The translations under genes were made by a program, and so were the position numbers. DNA of 64,000 bases from a virus, in IMG/VR virus record IMGVR_UViG_3300042507_004023, one strand, 5' to 3'. Positions 18,686 through 26,765 of this stretch are shown here, in pieces; within the stretch, counting starts at the first letter, position 1; each line of letters opens with the position of its first letter. The notes beneath the pieces are model-generated. The model did no database searches. It was not told the DNA's origin and was given only the letters and a program-made list of their open reading frames with translations.

Positions 18686-19040
18686 TGCCGCCGATGTGAA
18701 TGCTCCGTTTTCGATTTACTGTCTGCTGTGCTATAATCGAAGAACAGGACAAATGTGGATGCGGGAATACCTTATTCCGCTCGACCCAAGCCTTAATGGT
18801 TTGCGTCGTGGTGGTGGGGTATGGGTGCGAGACTATGAGGCAAACAATCGCACCGCCGTGGCTGCAATGCAGTGTTCCGATTTGCCGAATGCTCGGGCTA
18901 ATTGGGAACAGGTTTTGCGTTTCTACGAACAGCCTGCTGCGGGATGGGTTTGCAGACTGCTGCCACCCCATCTTCAGCATTGCTTCTACAATCTCACGCA
19001 GGAAAACAAGGAACTTCTCCTGAAAGAATTGGCAATTTAA
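18675..19040 (+). CDS. hypothetical protein with AR..W motif
   Basis: ATG 18675 in ORF 18621-19040; LPNARANWEQV. Confidence 0.6.
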   Translation: MSSNAADVNAPFSIYCLLCYNRRTGQMWMREYLIPLDPSLNGLRRGGGVWVRDYEANNRTAVAAMQCSDLPNARANWEQVLRFYEQPAAGWVCRLLPPHLQHCFYNLTQENKELLLKELAI

Positions 19041-19042
19041 CT

Positions 19043-19279
19043 ATGGCCCCTCCACTTTGGATTTACCGGCATGAAGGCAAGGAATACGCAGTCACCGCAG
19101 AACAAACTAGAGAGATGTTCTATCTCTTGTTTGATGAAGTGTTGATTGCAGGCAACGAACACAACACCATTTTTCTGATGGACATGATGCAAGCGTTCCG
19201 GGAAGGAAAAGATTTATCGGAAACAATGGGACGAATCCAAGACCGATATCCAGCGTTAAAAGGAAATGAAAATGCGTGA
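19043..19279 (+). CDS. small hypothetical protein
   Basis: ATG 19043 in ORF 18902-19279. Confidence 0.55.
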   Translation: MAPPLWIYRHEGKEYAVTAEQTREMFYLLFDEVLIAGNEHNTIFLMDMMQAFREGKDLSETMGRIQDRYPALKGNENA

Positions 19280-20099
19280 CGACACCATGACACTATCCAA
19301 GATTCACGGCGTTCCTGTAGTGAACAAGCACACCATTCTGTTCAACGGTTTGCAGCAGCACAACATTGTGGAACTTCACTTTTGGAGATTGAAGTCCAAC
19401 CGCCCACATTGCGTTGCCCTGTTTGCTCGTGAGTGGCTTGGTGCTGCTCCGCGTGGGCTTGGCAGCAACGGGACAAACTGTTGGTATCCGATGGAAATTC
19501 GGGAATTAGAGGGTGTGTTCGGCACACCCATGCTTTCCGATCATAAGCCGTTGGCTCCTTTGAGTGTGTTTCACAAGATTGATGCAGACCCAAGCGACTC
19601 GTGGAACATGGCTACCCATGAAGCGAACATGAACAACCGCTTGTTCAAGATGTTTGAAGAAGATTACAGCAGAGGCAAGGGCATCTCGGTGAACGGTTGT
19701 CAGTTTCTTCTGATTACTCCCGACTTGGCTCGTGTAATTTGGGAGCAGGTTTACGCTCGCGTGTGGGCGCACTCACCCGATGTTTCCACTCGCACATTCG
19801 GAGAGTTGACCTCTCACAACAGTTGGGATGAAACCCAATGGAACAGGATTAAACGAGTTTCCCATCCTGAAGACATGAAGAGTCAGCCTCCTCGTTTGCA
19901 ATGGGGAAGCAGGAATTGGAATATAGGTGTAGATACCGCACTTCCAGATTTCACTACTCCTCGCATTCTTACCGAAGACCTGACGGAGCAGGAGATGGTT
20001 TCAGACAAGCAGAAGTTTGATGAAATCATGCAAGGTATTGAAAACTTCATCAACAACTCGCCAAGCAAAACGACGAATTATTACGCTTTGGATGCTTGA
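19266..20099 (+). CDS. hypothetical protein
   Basis: ORF; PDLARVIWEQV. Confidence 0.7.
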   Translation: MKMRDDTMTLSKIHGVPVVNKHTILFNGLQQHNIVELHFWRLKSNRPHCVALFAREWLGAAPRGLGSNGTNCWYPMEIRELEGVFGTPMLSDHKPLAPLSVFHKIDADPSDSWNMATHEANMNNRLFKMFEEDYSRGKGISVNGCQFLLITPDLARVIWEQVYARVWAHSPDVSTRTFGELTSHNSWDETQWNRIKRVSHPEDMKSQPPRLQWGSRNWNIGVDTALPDFTTPRILTEDLTEQEMVSDKQKFDEIMQGIENFINNSPSKTTNYYALDA

Positions 20100-20647
20100 G
20101 TCGATTTAGACTTTGGCTTTGAAACAGCAGCCTTTGGCTTAACCGCCGAGGCTGCTTTTTTATTTGTAGACTTGCTACGCATCAAGAACCAATACACTAA
20201 AGCCATTTTCATGTGGTTGCTAAGTTTAGTGTTGGAATTGAAGAACGCAACACTTCTAACCATATCTTTCCACAAAAACAGACTTTCGGAGCCGCACTCG
20301 TTTGCTTGACCAATCTGTATGCCGTAGTTGGCAACAGCCTTTGCTTGAACGGCTCCTTGCCATACAACACCTTCGCGCATATTGCATAGCGGAGTTTGTT
20401 GAATCATACCTGCCCAAAGAATTCCACCTTTAAAGTTTCCGATAGCCTTGGCTTGCAAGGCTCCTTCCCACATCACTCCACCTTTAATGTTGAAAAGCGG
20501 AACAGATTGAATGGCTCCTTGCCAGACAATCCCATCTTTAAAATTGCAGATAGCACTCTCTTTAACAGCACCACGCCAAACAAATTTGGATTGCTCCAAA
20601 CATTTTGGGTCGCTTTGCTCGTTTAAGAATGTGCGAAACGATTTCAT
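20081..20647 (-). CDS. hypothetical protein with five ~18-aa tandem repeats, putative capsid-internal (MKSFRTFLNE)
   Basis: Repeats of type AICNFKDGIVWQGAIQSV / PLFNIKGGVMWEGALQAK. Confidence 0.75.
   Translation of the reverse strand: MKSFRTFLNEQSDPKCLEQSKFVWRGAVKESAICNFKDGIVWQGAIQSVPLFNIKGGVMWEGALQAKAIGNFKGGILWAGMIQQTPLCNMREGVVWQGAVQAKAVANYGIQIGQANECGSESLFLWKDMVRSVAFFNSNTKLSNHMKMALVYWFLMRSKSTNKKAASAVKPKAAVSKPKSKSTQASKA
20126..20162 (+). terminator. terminator of the + strand early operon, inside the convergent minus-strand gene
   Basis: AGCAGCCT...AGGCTGCT hairpin followed by TTTTT. Confidence 0.6.
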
Positions 20648-20650
20648 CTG

Positions 20651-20911
20651 TTACTTGTTGTGCATCTTCCAAGCGGTAGCATACATTACTTCTTTCCAAC
20701 GATCTCCGTAACGCTTCTTGAATGCAGCCTTAACTTCTGGCTTTTTTGAGAATCTGCGAGCGGGGCCCGATGGTGGAGACACTTCGTTTACTGTTTCTTT
20801 ACCAGCAGGACTAAAATCGCCCGAAGCAATCTTACGAAGGTGTTCTAAAAAGTTTGTAACAGGCTTTTTATTGTGGTTTAGGGGATCTCGGAAACCGTAA
20901 TCTGAACGCAT
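20651..20911 (-). CDS. small T4-like protein with YATAWK C-terminus
   Basis: KKRYGDRWKEVMYATAWK; TAAATA on the minus strand at 20938-20943. Confidence 0.7.
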   Translation of the reverse strand: MRSDYGFRDPLNHNKKPVTNFLEHLRKIASGDFSPAGKETVNEVSPPSGPARRFSKKPEVKAAFKKRYGDRWKEVMYATAWKMHNK

Positions 20912-20937
20912 AGCAGACTCCTTTAGCGGGTTTTTTG

Positions 20938-20978
20938 TATTTAGGGTTCCGCAACCGCCGATACATTATGTATAAATA
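20938..20978. promoter_or_regulatory. divergent pair of T4-type late promoters
   Basis: TATTTA (minus-strand TAAATA) at 20938-20943 and TATAAATA at 20971-20978. Confidence 0.65.
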
Positions 20979-21006
20979 CCCTGGAACCTTATTCTAGGGA
21001 GAAAAA

Positions 21007-21900
21007 ATGTATCATTATCAAAAGAAATTGCAGGAAGAAGTCGCCAAGTTTCAACCAAAGAAGGCCGAAACTACACCCGTTGCACCAACCCCTGCTTCAG
21101 TTTTGGCGAAAGAAGATCGTGAAGTAACTATTGACGAAATGTTGCAAACACTTTCGGATCGCAATCCTGAAATTGTAATTCCTGTTTCAGAATTTTTCGG
21201 ATGGTTCAAGAAGTCGGCTACTCCAAACGAGCAACTACTTTTAACTTCTTTCTCTTCAATCGTTCTCCCCCGATTGGCAGCAAAGATCAATCAGAACTCT
21301 AATAATCCAGACAAGGTTCTAAGCATTCTAAAGACGGAATGCACACAGAAAGAGAAGGATCTAATCACTAAACTTGCAGGAGAAATTATTCCTGCTTTAT
21401 CAAAGCGTTACGCTTTAGGTAAAATTGAATCTGCACAATTGAGCGGAAGTGCTTACTACTATCAAAAGAAGTTGCACGAAGAAGTAAAGCGTTCTCTAAC
21501 CGAGAAAATTTTTGGGTTTGGTAGCAGAAAAGCCCCACCAAAGATGCCAGAGTTTTACACTCGTCCTCCTCAAGGATGGAAAGCATCAACCATAGAAGAT
21601 CCATCAGGCCCTGGTATTCCCGCAATCGAAAAGATTATTCCTGGAATCGGAACTATTGTGGTAATGTATTCTGAAGGTGGAATTAAAAAGACATTTGGTG
21701 GATTCCGTCAAACTTGGTCGATATACGGAGACTTGAGTTTCATTCCTGATGCTCTTTGCAAGAAAGCAAATGTATGCTCGGGTGGAGATTCCGGAGATGA
21801 AAGCACAGTCAATCGAGCCTTTATAAATCTTCGTGACTGGCATGAAATTGTTAAAGGATTCACACAAGCACATAGTTTGGTTATGAAGGGAAGAGTTTGA
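21007..21900 (+). CDS. hypothetical protein, putative capsid-internal, with duplicated leader
   Basis: MYHYQKKLQEE at the N-terminus and YYYQKKLHEE internally. Confidence 0.7.
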   Translation: MYHYQKKLQEEVAKFQPKKAETTPVAPTPASVLAKEDREVTIDEMLQTLSDRNPEIVIPVSEFFGWFKKSATPNEQLLLTSFSSIVLPRLAAKINQNSNNPDKVLSILKTECTQKEKDLITKLAGEIIPALSKRYALGKIESAQLSGSAYYYQKKLHEEVKRSLTEKIFGFGSRKAPPKMPEFYTRPPQGWKASTIEDPSGPGIPAIEKIIPGIGTIVVMYSEGGIKKTFGGFRQTWSIYGDLSFIPDALCKKANVCSGGDSGDESTVNRAFINLRDWHEIVKGFTQAHSLVMKGRV

Positions 21901-22303
21901 TGTCCAAGTTTTTTCTTGGGCCAAACTTTAGAGAAAAATTAAACATGGGTTCTACTGAACCTATAAAATTTCCTTCTGCAACGCCAGAAGAACAAGCAGC
22001 GCAAAATTTATATAATGAACAAGAAGAAATTAAAAAAGAAACCAAATCAAAGAGTAAATCAGATGGCAAAGAATAGAGATGGCACAAAGGCTTTCCGAAA
22101 AGGTGGCTACAAAACACGCAAGCGTCCAAAGGGCGTTTCTCGTCAAGGATTGCCGAAACTTTATCCGCCAGGTCACGATGTGACTTTGAGAGCGATAAAA
22201 GTTAAAGTTTAAACCAGTTTATAAATCGAGTCTGTTCAGCATTTCGGGCCAATATACTAGACCCCTCGGAGTTGAGGGGTTCTAACTTATAAGGAGAAAT
22301 GTA

Positions 22304-23059
22304 ATGACACGATTCTTTAGATACTTCGCCGCTGTAGCCGCAGTAGTTTTGGCACACAGCACTTTTGCTCAGACTGCTTCGGCTCCGGCTCCGAAGGCAT
22401 CACCTGCCATGTTCAACAGCGTATCGGTTGACGAAACCTTGACCTTCTGGGGCAAGAAGAATGTTGATACCGTTACCGAGTTGGACTCAACCGTTAAGGG
22501 TAAGTTGTATGACTTGCTCGGTTGGCACATCACTGTTCCTGTGTATTCGCAGGACACTACCGGCTACGGTGCTATCGACCTTGGAGTGAATTACGGTTTG
22601 CTCACCGGCGAGAAGTTCCTTGGTTCAGTCACCAACTTCAGCGTTGAAGCGGGTGCATGGATGCCAACAGGTTCGGCTGGTTACAACACCGACAATGTGA
22701 ACCCACATGTTGGTTTCAATTACGATATGACTTGGGGCTCGGTGGTCTACACACAGACTTTTGATGTGCTGTGGGTTGGCTCATATGCTTATACCCCCGT
22801 GTTCGGTAACTACAATAACTACGGTTTGAACGCCGAGTCGTTTGTTGCCTATAAGTGGGATTCACTTGCTGTCGGCTTAGACTTGAATCAGTGGTATACC
22901 GAGGGCAGCAATGTTGCTTTCCTTGGGCCAAAGGCTGAGTGGAAGGTCTCCAACAATGTTGACCTGAACGCAGGCTTCGGTATTCCCGTTTGGCAGGAAG
23001 TAAACGCTGCCAACGAGAACAGTTGGAATGTCACCGCCGGTATCGGCATCAAGTTCTGA
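22304..23059 (+). CDS. outer-membrane beta-barrel protein (porin/transporter-like)
   Basis: Sec signal peptide MTRFFRYFAAVAAVVLAHSTFA; alternating amphipathic strands; C-terminal beta-signal AGIGIKF; SD AAGGAG. Confidence 0.8.
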   Translation: MTRFFRYFAAVAAVVLAHSTFAQTASAPAPKASPAMFNSVSVDETLTFWGKKNVDTVTELDSTVKGKLYDLLGWHITVPVYSQDTTGYGAIDLGVNYGLLTGEKFLGSVTNFSVEAGAWMPTGSAGYNTDNVNPHVGFNYDMTWGSVVYTQTFDVLWVGSYAYTPVFGNYNNYGLNAESFVAYKWDSLAVGLDLNQWYTEGSNVAFLGPKAEWKVSNNVDLNAGFGIPVWQEVNAANENSWNVTAGIGIKF

Positions 23060-23086
23060 TTTTACAATTCAATACTGTCAGAGATT

Positions 23087-23113
23087 GGGGAGGAGGCGAC
23101 TCCTCCCCTTTTC
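23087..23113 (+). terminator. intrinsic terminator
   Basis: GGGGAGGAG-GCGA-CTCCTCCCC followed by TTTT. Confidence 0.85.
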
Positions 23114-23152
23114 TTTTCCTAAATACTTTAGTATTTTTAGAAAGGGGTTATC

Positions 23153-23581
23153 ATGCCTATGATTGAACTACTATCAATGCTTGGAGGTTCCGCTGTTGGC
23201 TTCCTGTTCCGCTTCATAGCACAGAAGTCTCAAGACCAAAAGGAACTCTTTCAACAGATGATGCAAGCGAACGAAAGAACCACAAAAAACCAAAACGCAG
23301 CAGTTCAAAGAGTTGGGATTGATGTTGGCAGAGGAGTTCGCCAAGTCATCGTTTTGTCAACACTCTTTGCAACTTTCTTGGCTCCGTTTGTTTTGCCGTT
23401 CTTCGGTGTTCCAACCTTCGTTGAGGTGGATGCCACACAAACAAATCTGTTTGGCATGGACACCATCAAGAAATACTTTGTAGAAATCAACGGGTTCCTG
23501 TTCACATCAGAGAATCGTCAAATCTTGTTGAGCATTGTAGGATTCTACTTTGGTTCAGCAGCAGCAGCAAACAAGTCGTAA
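23153..23581 (+). CDS. membrane protein, possibly holin-like
   Basis: Hydrophobic segments; ends IVGFYFGS; CTAAATA at 23119-23125. Confidence 0.55.
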   Translation: MPMIELLSMLGGSAVGFLFRFIAQKSQDQKELFQQMMQANERTTKNQNAAVQRVGIDVGRGVRQVIVLSTLFATFLAPFVLPFFGVPTFVEVDATQTNLFGMDTIKKYFVEINGFLFTSENRQILLSIVGFYFGSAAAANKS

Positions 23582-23591
23582 AGGAGTAAAC

Positions 23592-23873
23592 ATGAAATAC
23601 CTAATAGGATTAATCACTTCACTCGTTCTAACGGCTTGCAGCACAGCACCAGTTATTGTTCCCGACACAACCAAAGACAATGTGGTTATGAAGAGACTAG
23701 AGTGGGAAATACAGAACGGGAAAACTCCAGTAGTTGGTTGGAGTTGGATTCTTTGGTATCTGCCCATAGTTTTCTTGGTTGTGGTTTGGGCGTATAATCA
23801 GTATCTAAAGCAGAAGTGCAAAGAGGAAGAAACCACAACAGAAGAAACCAAAAAAGATAATTCTAAATCGTGA
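23592..23873 (+). CDS. lipoprotein with C-terminal TM segment
   Basis: Lipobox LTAC; SD AAGGAG; hydrophobic WSWILWYLPIVFLVVVW. Confidence 0.65.
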   Translation: MKYLIGLITSLVLTACSTAPVIVPDTTKDNVVMKRLEWEIQNGKTPVVGWSWILWYLPIVFLVVVWAYNQYLKQKCKEEETTTEETKKDNSKS

Positions 23874-23874
23874 A

Positions 23875-24165
23875 ATGAAATCGTTTAAACAATACATTCG
23901 TGAAGAAGGGCCGGCGAATGGAACCGGAGTTTTCACTTATGGTTTAGGATTTCAAGCAGACATGGTTCCAACAGATTTTGATGTGGAAAAATATGATGGT
24001 TTTGAAAGAACAAAACTTCCTTGGGAAGTTGAGAATGCTTTATATGCCGAGCGTCGTAGAGAAATGGTTGCAAAGTGGTTAAAAGCCGCAGGAGCAAATG
24101 CTAAAGAATCAGTTGGAGATCAATCATTACCACAAGTTCCAGATTGGCAAACAGCCAAACGATAA
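23875..24165 (+). CDS. hypothetical protein, putative capsid-internal (MKSFKQYIRE)
   Basis: ORF with leader motif. Confidence 0.65.
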   Translation: MKSFKQYIREEGPANGTGVFTYGLGFQADMVPTDFDVEKYDGFERTKLPWEVENALYAERRREMVAKWLKAAGANAKESVGDQSLPQVPDWQTAKR

Positions 24166-24177
24166 AGGGGAAGATAA

Positions 24178-24822
24178 ATGGCAAATTGGAAAGACATACT
24201 AACATTAGGAATATTTGATTATAAAATGGTTTTGAGTTTACTCAACCAAAGTGTCGCAAACACATTATCAACTACGGATATTTTGCCTATTCAATTAGAA
24301 GAGAAAGATCAAACACCAGTAATAACTAAACTTATACAAATAAATACAGGAACAGGAACATCTACAAGTAGTGCTGAAGCGTTTCAAAGGTGTATGGCTG
24401 ATTGTAGAGTAAAAGTAAATCAAAACCCGGATCTATCTAAATGCCCTCCAGGAATATTTCCTCCAGATTTTCCTGATGTGGGGCCTATTCCAATTCAAAA
24501 CGGCAATAATTGCGAATGTGGCAATCAACAATCATATTATGAGTTTTGTAAAGAGGCAGCAATAATGGCATGTGCAACAAGGCTTCCGCCAGAAGAATGC
24601 ACGCCAGAAAAATTAAACGAATTCATAGATTCGTGTTACGATCAATCACTAGATAATTGGATAAAAGAATTTGAAGACGCATTAGCGTGTAAAGATGTTG
24701 TGGAAAAGTATAAAAAATGTGCTACAAGATGTGATAATTTGTCTAGAGGTAGAGCGCGCAGAAGATTTCCTGGTTATGAAGATCCAGTTTTTGATGAACC
24801 AAGTAGCGGAAGCGCAATATGA
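24178..24822 (+). CDS. cysteine-rich hypothetical protein
   Basis: FQRCMADCR, CECG, CATRCD; AT-rich. Confidence 0.65.
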   Translation: MANWKDILTLGIFDYKMVLSLLNQSVANTLSTTDILPIQLEEKDQTPVITKLIQINTGTGTSTSSAEAFQRCMADCRVKVNQNPDLSKCPPGIFPPDFPDVGPIPIQNGNNCECGNQQSYYEFCKEAAIMACATRLPPEECTPEKLNEFIDSCYDQSLDNWIKEFEDALACKDVVEKYKKCATRCDNLSRGRARRRFPGYEDPVFDEPSSGSAI

Positions 24823-25013
24823 AAAACAAAAAAGTAGTTACAGTTGTAATACCATCAGAAATCTATACGAATTTCCTACCATCAGGAACGGTTGTAGACC
24901 GACCCGGCTTGCCTCTCTTGAAGATTATGGAAGCAGCACCAATGATGGACGGTAGAATTTCTGTGGCTGTAGAAATTTCTCCTACACCCTATACAAAAAA
25001 GAAGGGCGACTAA
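24819..25013 (+). CDS. small hypothetical protein
   Basis: ATGA overlap. Confidence 0.5.
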   Translation: MKNKKVVTVVIPSEIYTNFLPSGTVVDRPGLPLLKIMEAAPMMDGRISVAVEISPTPYTKKKGD

Positions 25014-25442
25014 ATGGCATCCTTTAGTGATCTATGGGGCAAAATTAAAGGAATGTTTACCGAGGATGATGATAGTCCTCTGAAGCCATCTGGTTCTATA
25101 GTTATTCGCTCGTCTGATATGAGACACGAACGACCTGTGGTTACTGTAATGGTTAAAAAACATCGTGACCATCGTGTAGGAAAAGAATCTTACGATTGGG
25201 CTCTACGAGAACCTGTTGGAGCAATGCGTAGATTTTACGGAACTCTAAAGAAAAGAAAAGCAGGCGGATGGGTTGCTTTTGCCACGGATGGTCAAACTGA
25301 AGCGGTAGAAATACACGAAAGTAAAAATTCTTTGCGAGCCCTTCGTAAAGTTTATAAATCACTTTCTAAAAAGAAAGGCTCTACTGATTTAAAAATTCCT
25401 TTGCTTGCCCGAGGAAATGCAATCAGAAGATCCTTGACTTGA
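25014..25442 (+). CDS. hypothetical protein
   Basis: ORF abutting the upstream stop. Confidence 0.6.
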   Translation: MASFSDLWGKIKGMFTEDDDSPLKPSGSIVIRSSDMRHERPVVTVMVKKHRDHRVGKESYDWALREPVGAMRRFYGTLKKRKAGGWVAFATDGQTEAVEIHESKNSLRALRKVYKSLSKKKGSTDLKIPLLARGNAIRRSLT

Positions 25443-25462
25443 TCCTATTCATGTGGTAGTAT
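25434..25462 (+). promoter_or_regulatory. sigma70-type promoter, leaderless architecture
   Basis: TTGACT (25434-25439), 17 nt, TAGTAT (25457-25462), 6 nt, ATG 25469. Confidence 0.7.
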
Positions 25463-25468
25463 TACCGC

Positions 25469-25714
25469 ATGAGCCAATCTGAAGACAACACTTTTAATAA
25501 AACTGCAATTGCAGCAGCAGCATCCACTCTGACGCTTGTGGTTCTTCGTCTTGACGGGCAACTTGATTGGTCATGGAGATGGACTCTTTCACCACTTTGG
25601 ATTCCTTTAGCATTTTCATTTGCACACGCTTTTTTTCGTGGTATACTTGCAGGACTGAACAAGATCGAGTATAATAAGCGTAACGAGAACAACAATGACT
25701 ACACTAACTCGTAA
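25469..25714 (+). CDS. small membrane protein (LDWSWRWTLSPLWIP type)
   Basis: Two hydrophobic segments. Confidence 0.65.
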   Translation: MSQSEDNTFNKTAIAAAASTLTLVVLRLDGQLDWSWRWTLSPLWIPLAFSFAHAFFRGILAGLNKIEYNKRNENNNDYTNS

Positions 25715-25961
25715 TGATTACTTAACCATGCTTCGTGATAACATTTGTGTTGTTACTTTTACGAAGCGTGACGGCACAGAGCGTATTATGCGATGCACCT
25801 TGAAGAGTGATTTGCTTCCTGCTCCTGTCGCCACAAAGCCAACCACAGAAGTTAAGGTTCGCAAGACTAATCCGGATACGCTCGCGGTTTGGGATTTGGA
25901 TAAGAGTGCGTGGCGAGGATTTTCAGTAGAACAAATCAAAGAAATAAAACAGGAATCTTAA
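25695..25961 (+). CDS. WYL-like / SH3-fold small protein (DUF2693 type)
   Basis: VVTFTKRDGTERIMRCTL...VWDLDKSAWRGF. Confidence 0.8.
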   Translation: MTTLTRNDYLTMLRDNICVVTFTKRDGTERIMRCTLKSDLLPAPVATKPTTEVKVRKTNPDTLAVWDLDKSAWRGFSVEQIKEIKQES

Positions 25962-25969
25962 AAAACTAA

Positions 25970-26044
25970 GTTCCTGTAGCACAGCCTGGATAGTGCAGAT
26001 GCCTTCTAAGCATCAGGTCATAGGTTCGAATCCTATCAGGAACG
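25970..26044 (+). tRNA. tRNA-Arg(UCU)
   Basis: Cloverleaf GTTCCTG/CAGGAAC; anticodon arm GATGC-CTTCTAA-GCATC; TTCGAAT T-loop. Confidence 0.92.
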
Positions 26045-26059
26045 CTTACAAGTTAATAT

Positions 26060-26319
26060 GCTTCGGTAACTCAATTGGTAGAGTAGCCGACTTCAATAGG
26101 AGCAGTTTTGTAGGAATACAAAACATGAAACTCGTCAAATTCGGTGGACGGTTGAAAGACCCAACGCCGAGCCAAGCGCAGAAATGCGAAGGTGTAGAGA
26201 CTTGACGGCGGGCATCCAGAACGGATGAAGGCAAAGTCCAGACCACGAACCGTAAGGGCGGCGTAAGCCGAAGTGGTAAGTTAATCGGTAGGTTGTGGGT
26301 TCGAGTCCCACCCGGAGCA
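26060..26319 (+). tRNA. tRNA-Lys(UUU) interrupted by a group I intron between positions 34 and 35
   Basis: Exon 1 26060-26093 (GCTTCGG...GCCGA-CTT), exon 2 26281-26319 (TTAA-TCGGT...CCGGAGC-A); joined loop CTTTTAA; A73. Confidence 0.85.
26094..26280 (+). ncRNA. group I self-splicing intron (IC3-like), 187 nt
   Basis: Core elements GTCAAATTCGG, CAACGCCGAGCCAAGC, GAAGGTGTAGAGACTTGACGG, GAAGGCAAAGTCCA closely resemble the Azoarcus tRNA intron; P1 exon CUU pairs with IGS GAG (26100-26102) giving the U-G splice-site pair; ends in G. Confidence 0.9.
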
Positions 26320-26357
26320 CTAAATACACTCACCTTCTCTTGAAAGGAGAATACATT

Positions 26358-26711
26358 ATGGATACTTATCTTTACGGATTGCTTGGTCTCTCACTCGCGG
26401 CTAACGCATTCTCTGCTATCAGCACTTTGGTTGCAAACTCAAAGAAGCGCGACGAGGAAAATCAGAGAACTATTAATTCAATCTATGATGAGTTGAATCG
26501 TAAGATTGATAACGCTGCTAAACTGTCCAATCACAATATTAGAGAAGAGATTCGTAATCTTAGTCTTGAGATTGGTGATGCTCGCACGGCTATCAACCAG
26601 GTCGAGGACAGTGTTTGTGATCGTCTTTGCGAAGTTGAATATCAGATCGAACGCCTGAACGAAAAGGCGGAACCAGAACTCTGCACTGCTTCAAAGAAGA
26701 AGCGCAGATAA
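26358..26711 (+). CDS. hypothetical protein, N-terminal TM plus coiled coil
   Basis: SD AAGGAG; CTAAATA at 26320-26326; ATG 26358. Confidence 0.7.
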   Translation: MDTYLYGLLGLSLAANAFSAISTLVANSKKRDEENQRTINSIYDELNRKIDNAAKLSNHNIREEIRNLSLEIGDARTAINQVEDSVCDRLCEVEYQIERLNEKAEPELCTASKKKRR

Positions 26712-26765
26712 TTGGGGGATTAGGGGATTGCCATCCCCAATTAACTTTAACATAAGGAGAAAAAA

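Noticed and set aside
22015-22212. Small basic ORF as a ribosomal-protein mimic
   Set aside because: Lys/Arg-rich, but no recognisable ribosomal-protein motif and the start is ambiguous, so it was not called.
26060-26319. Reading the intron-containing tRNA as Asn(GUU)
   Set aside because: It would require the intron to end in A instead of the universal G; the discriminator is A, not G; and an intact Asn gene exists at 33417-33488.
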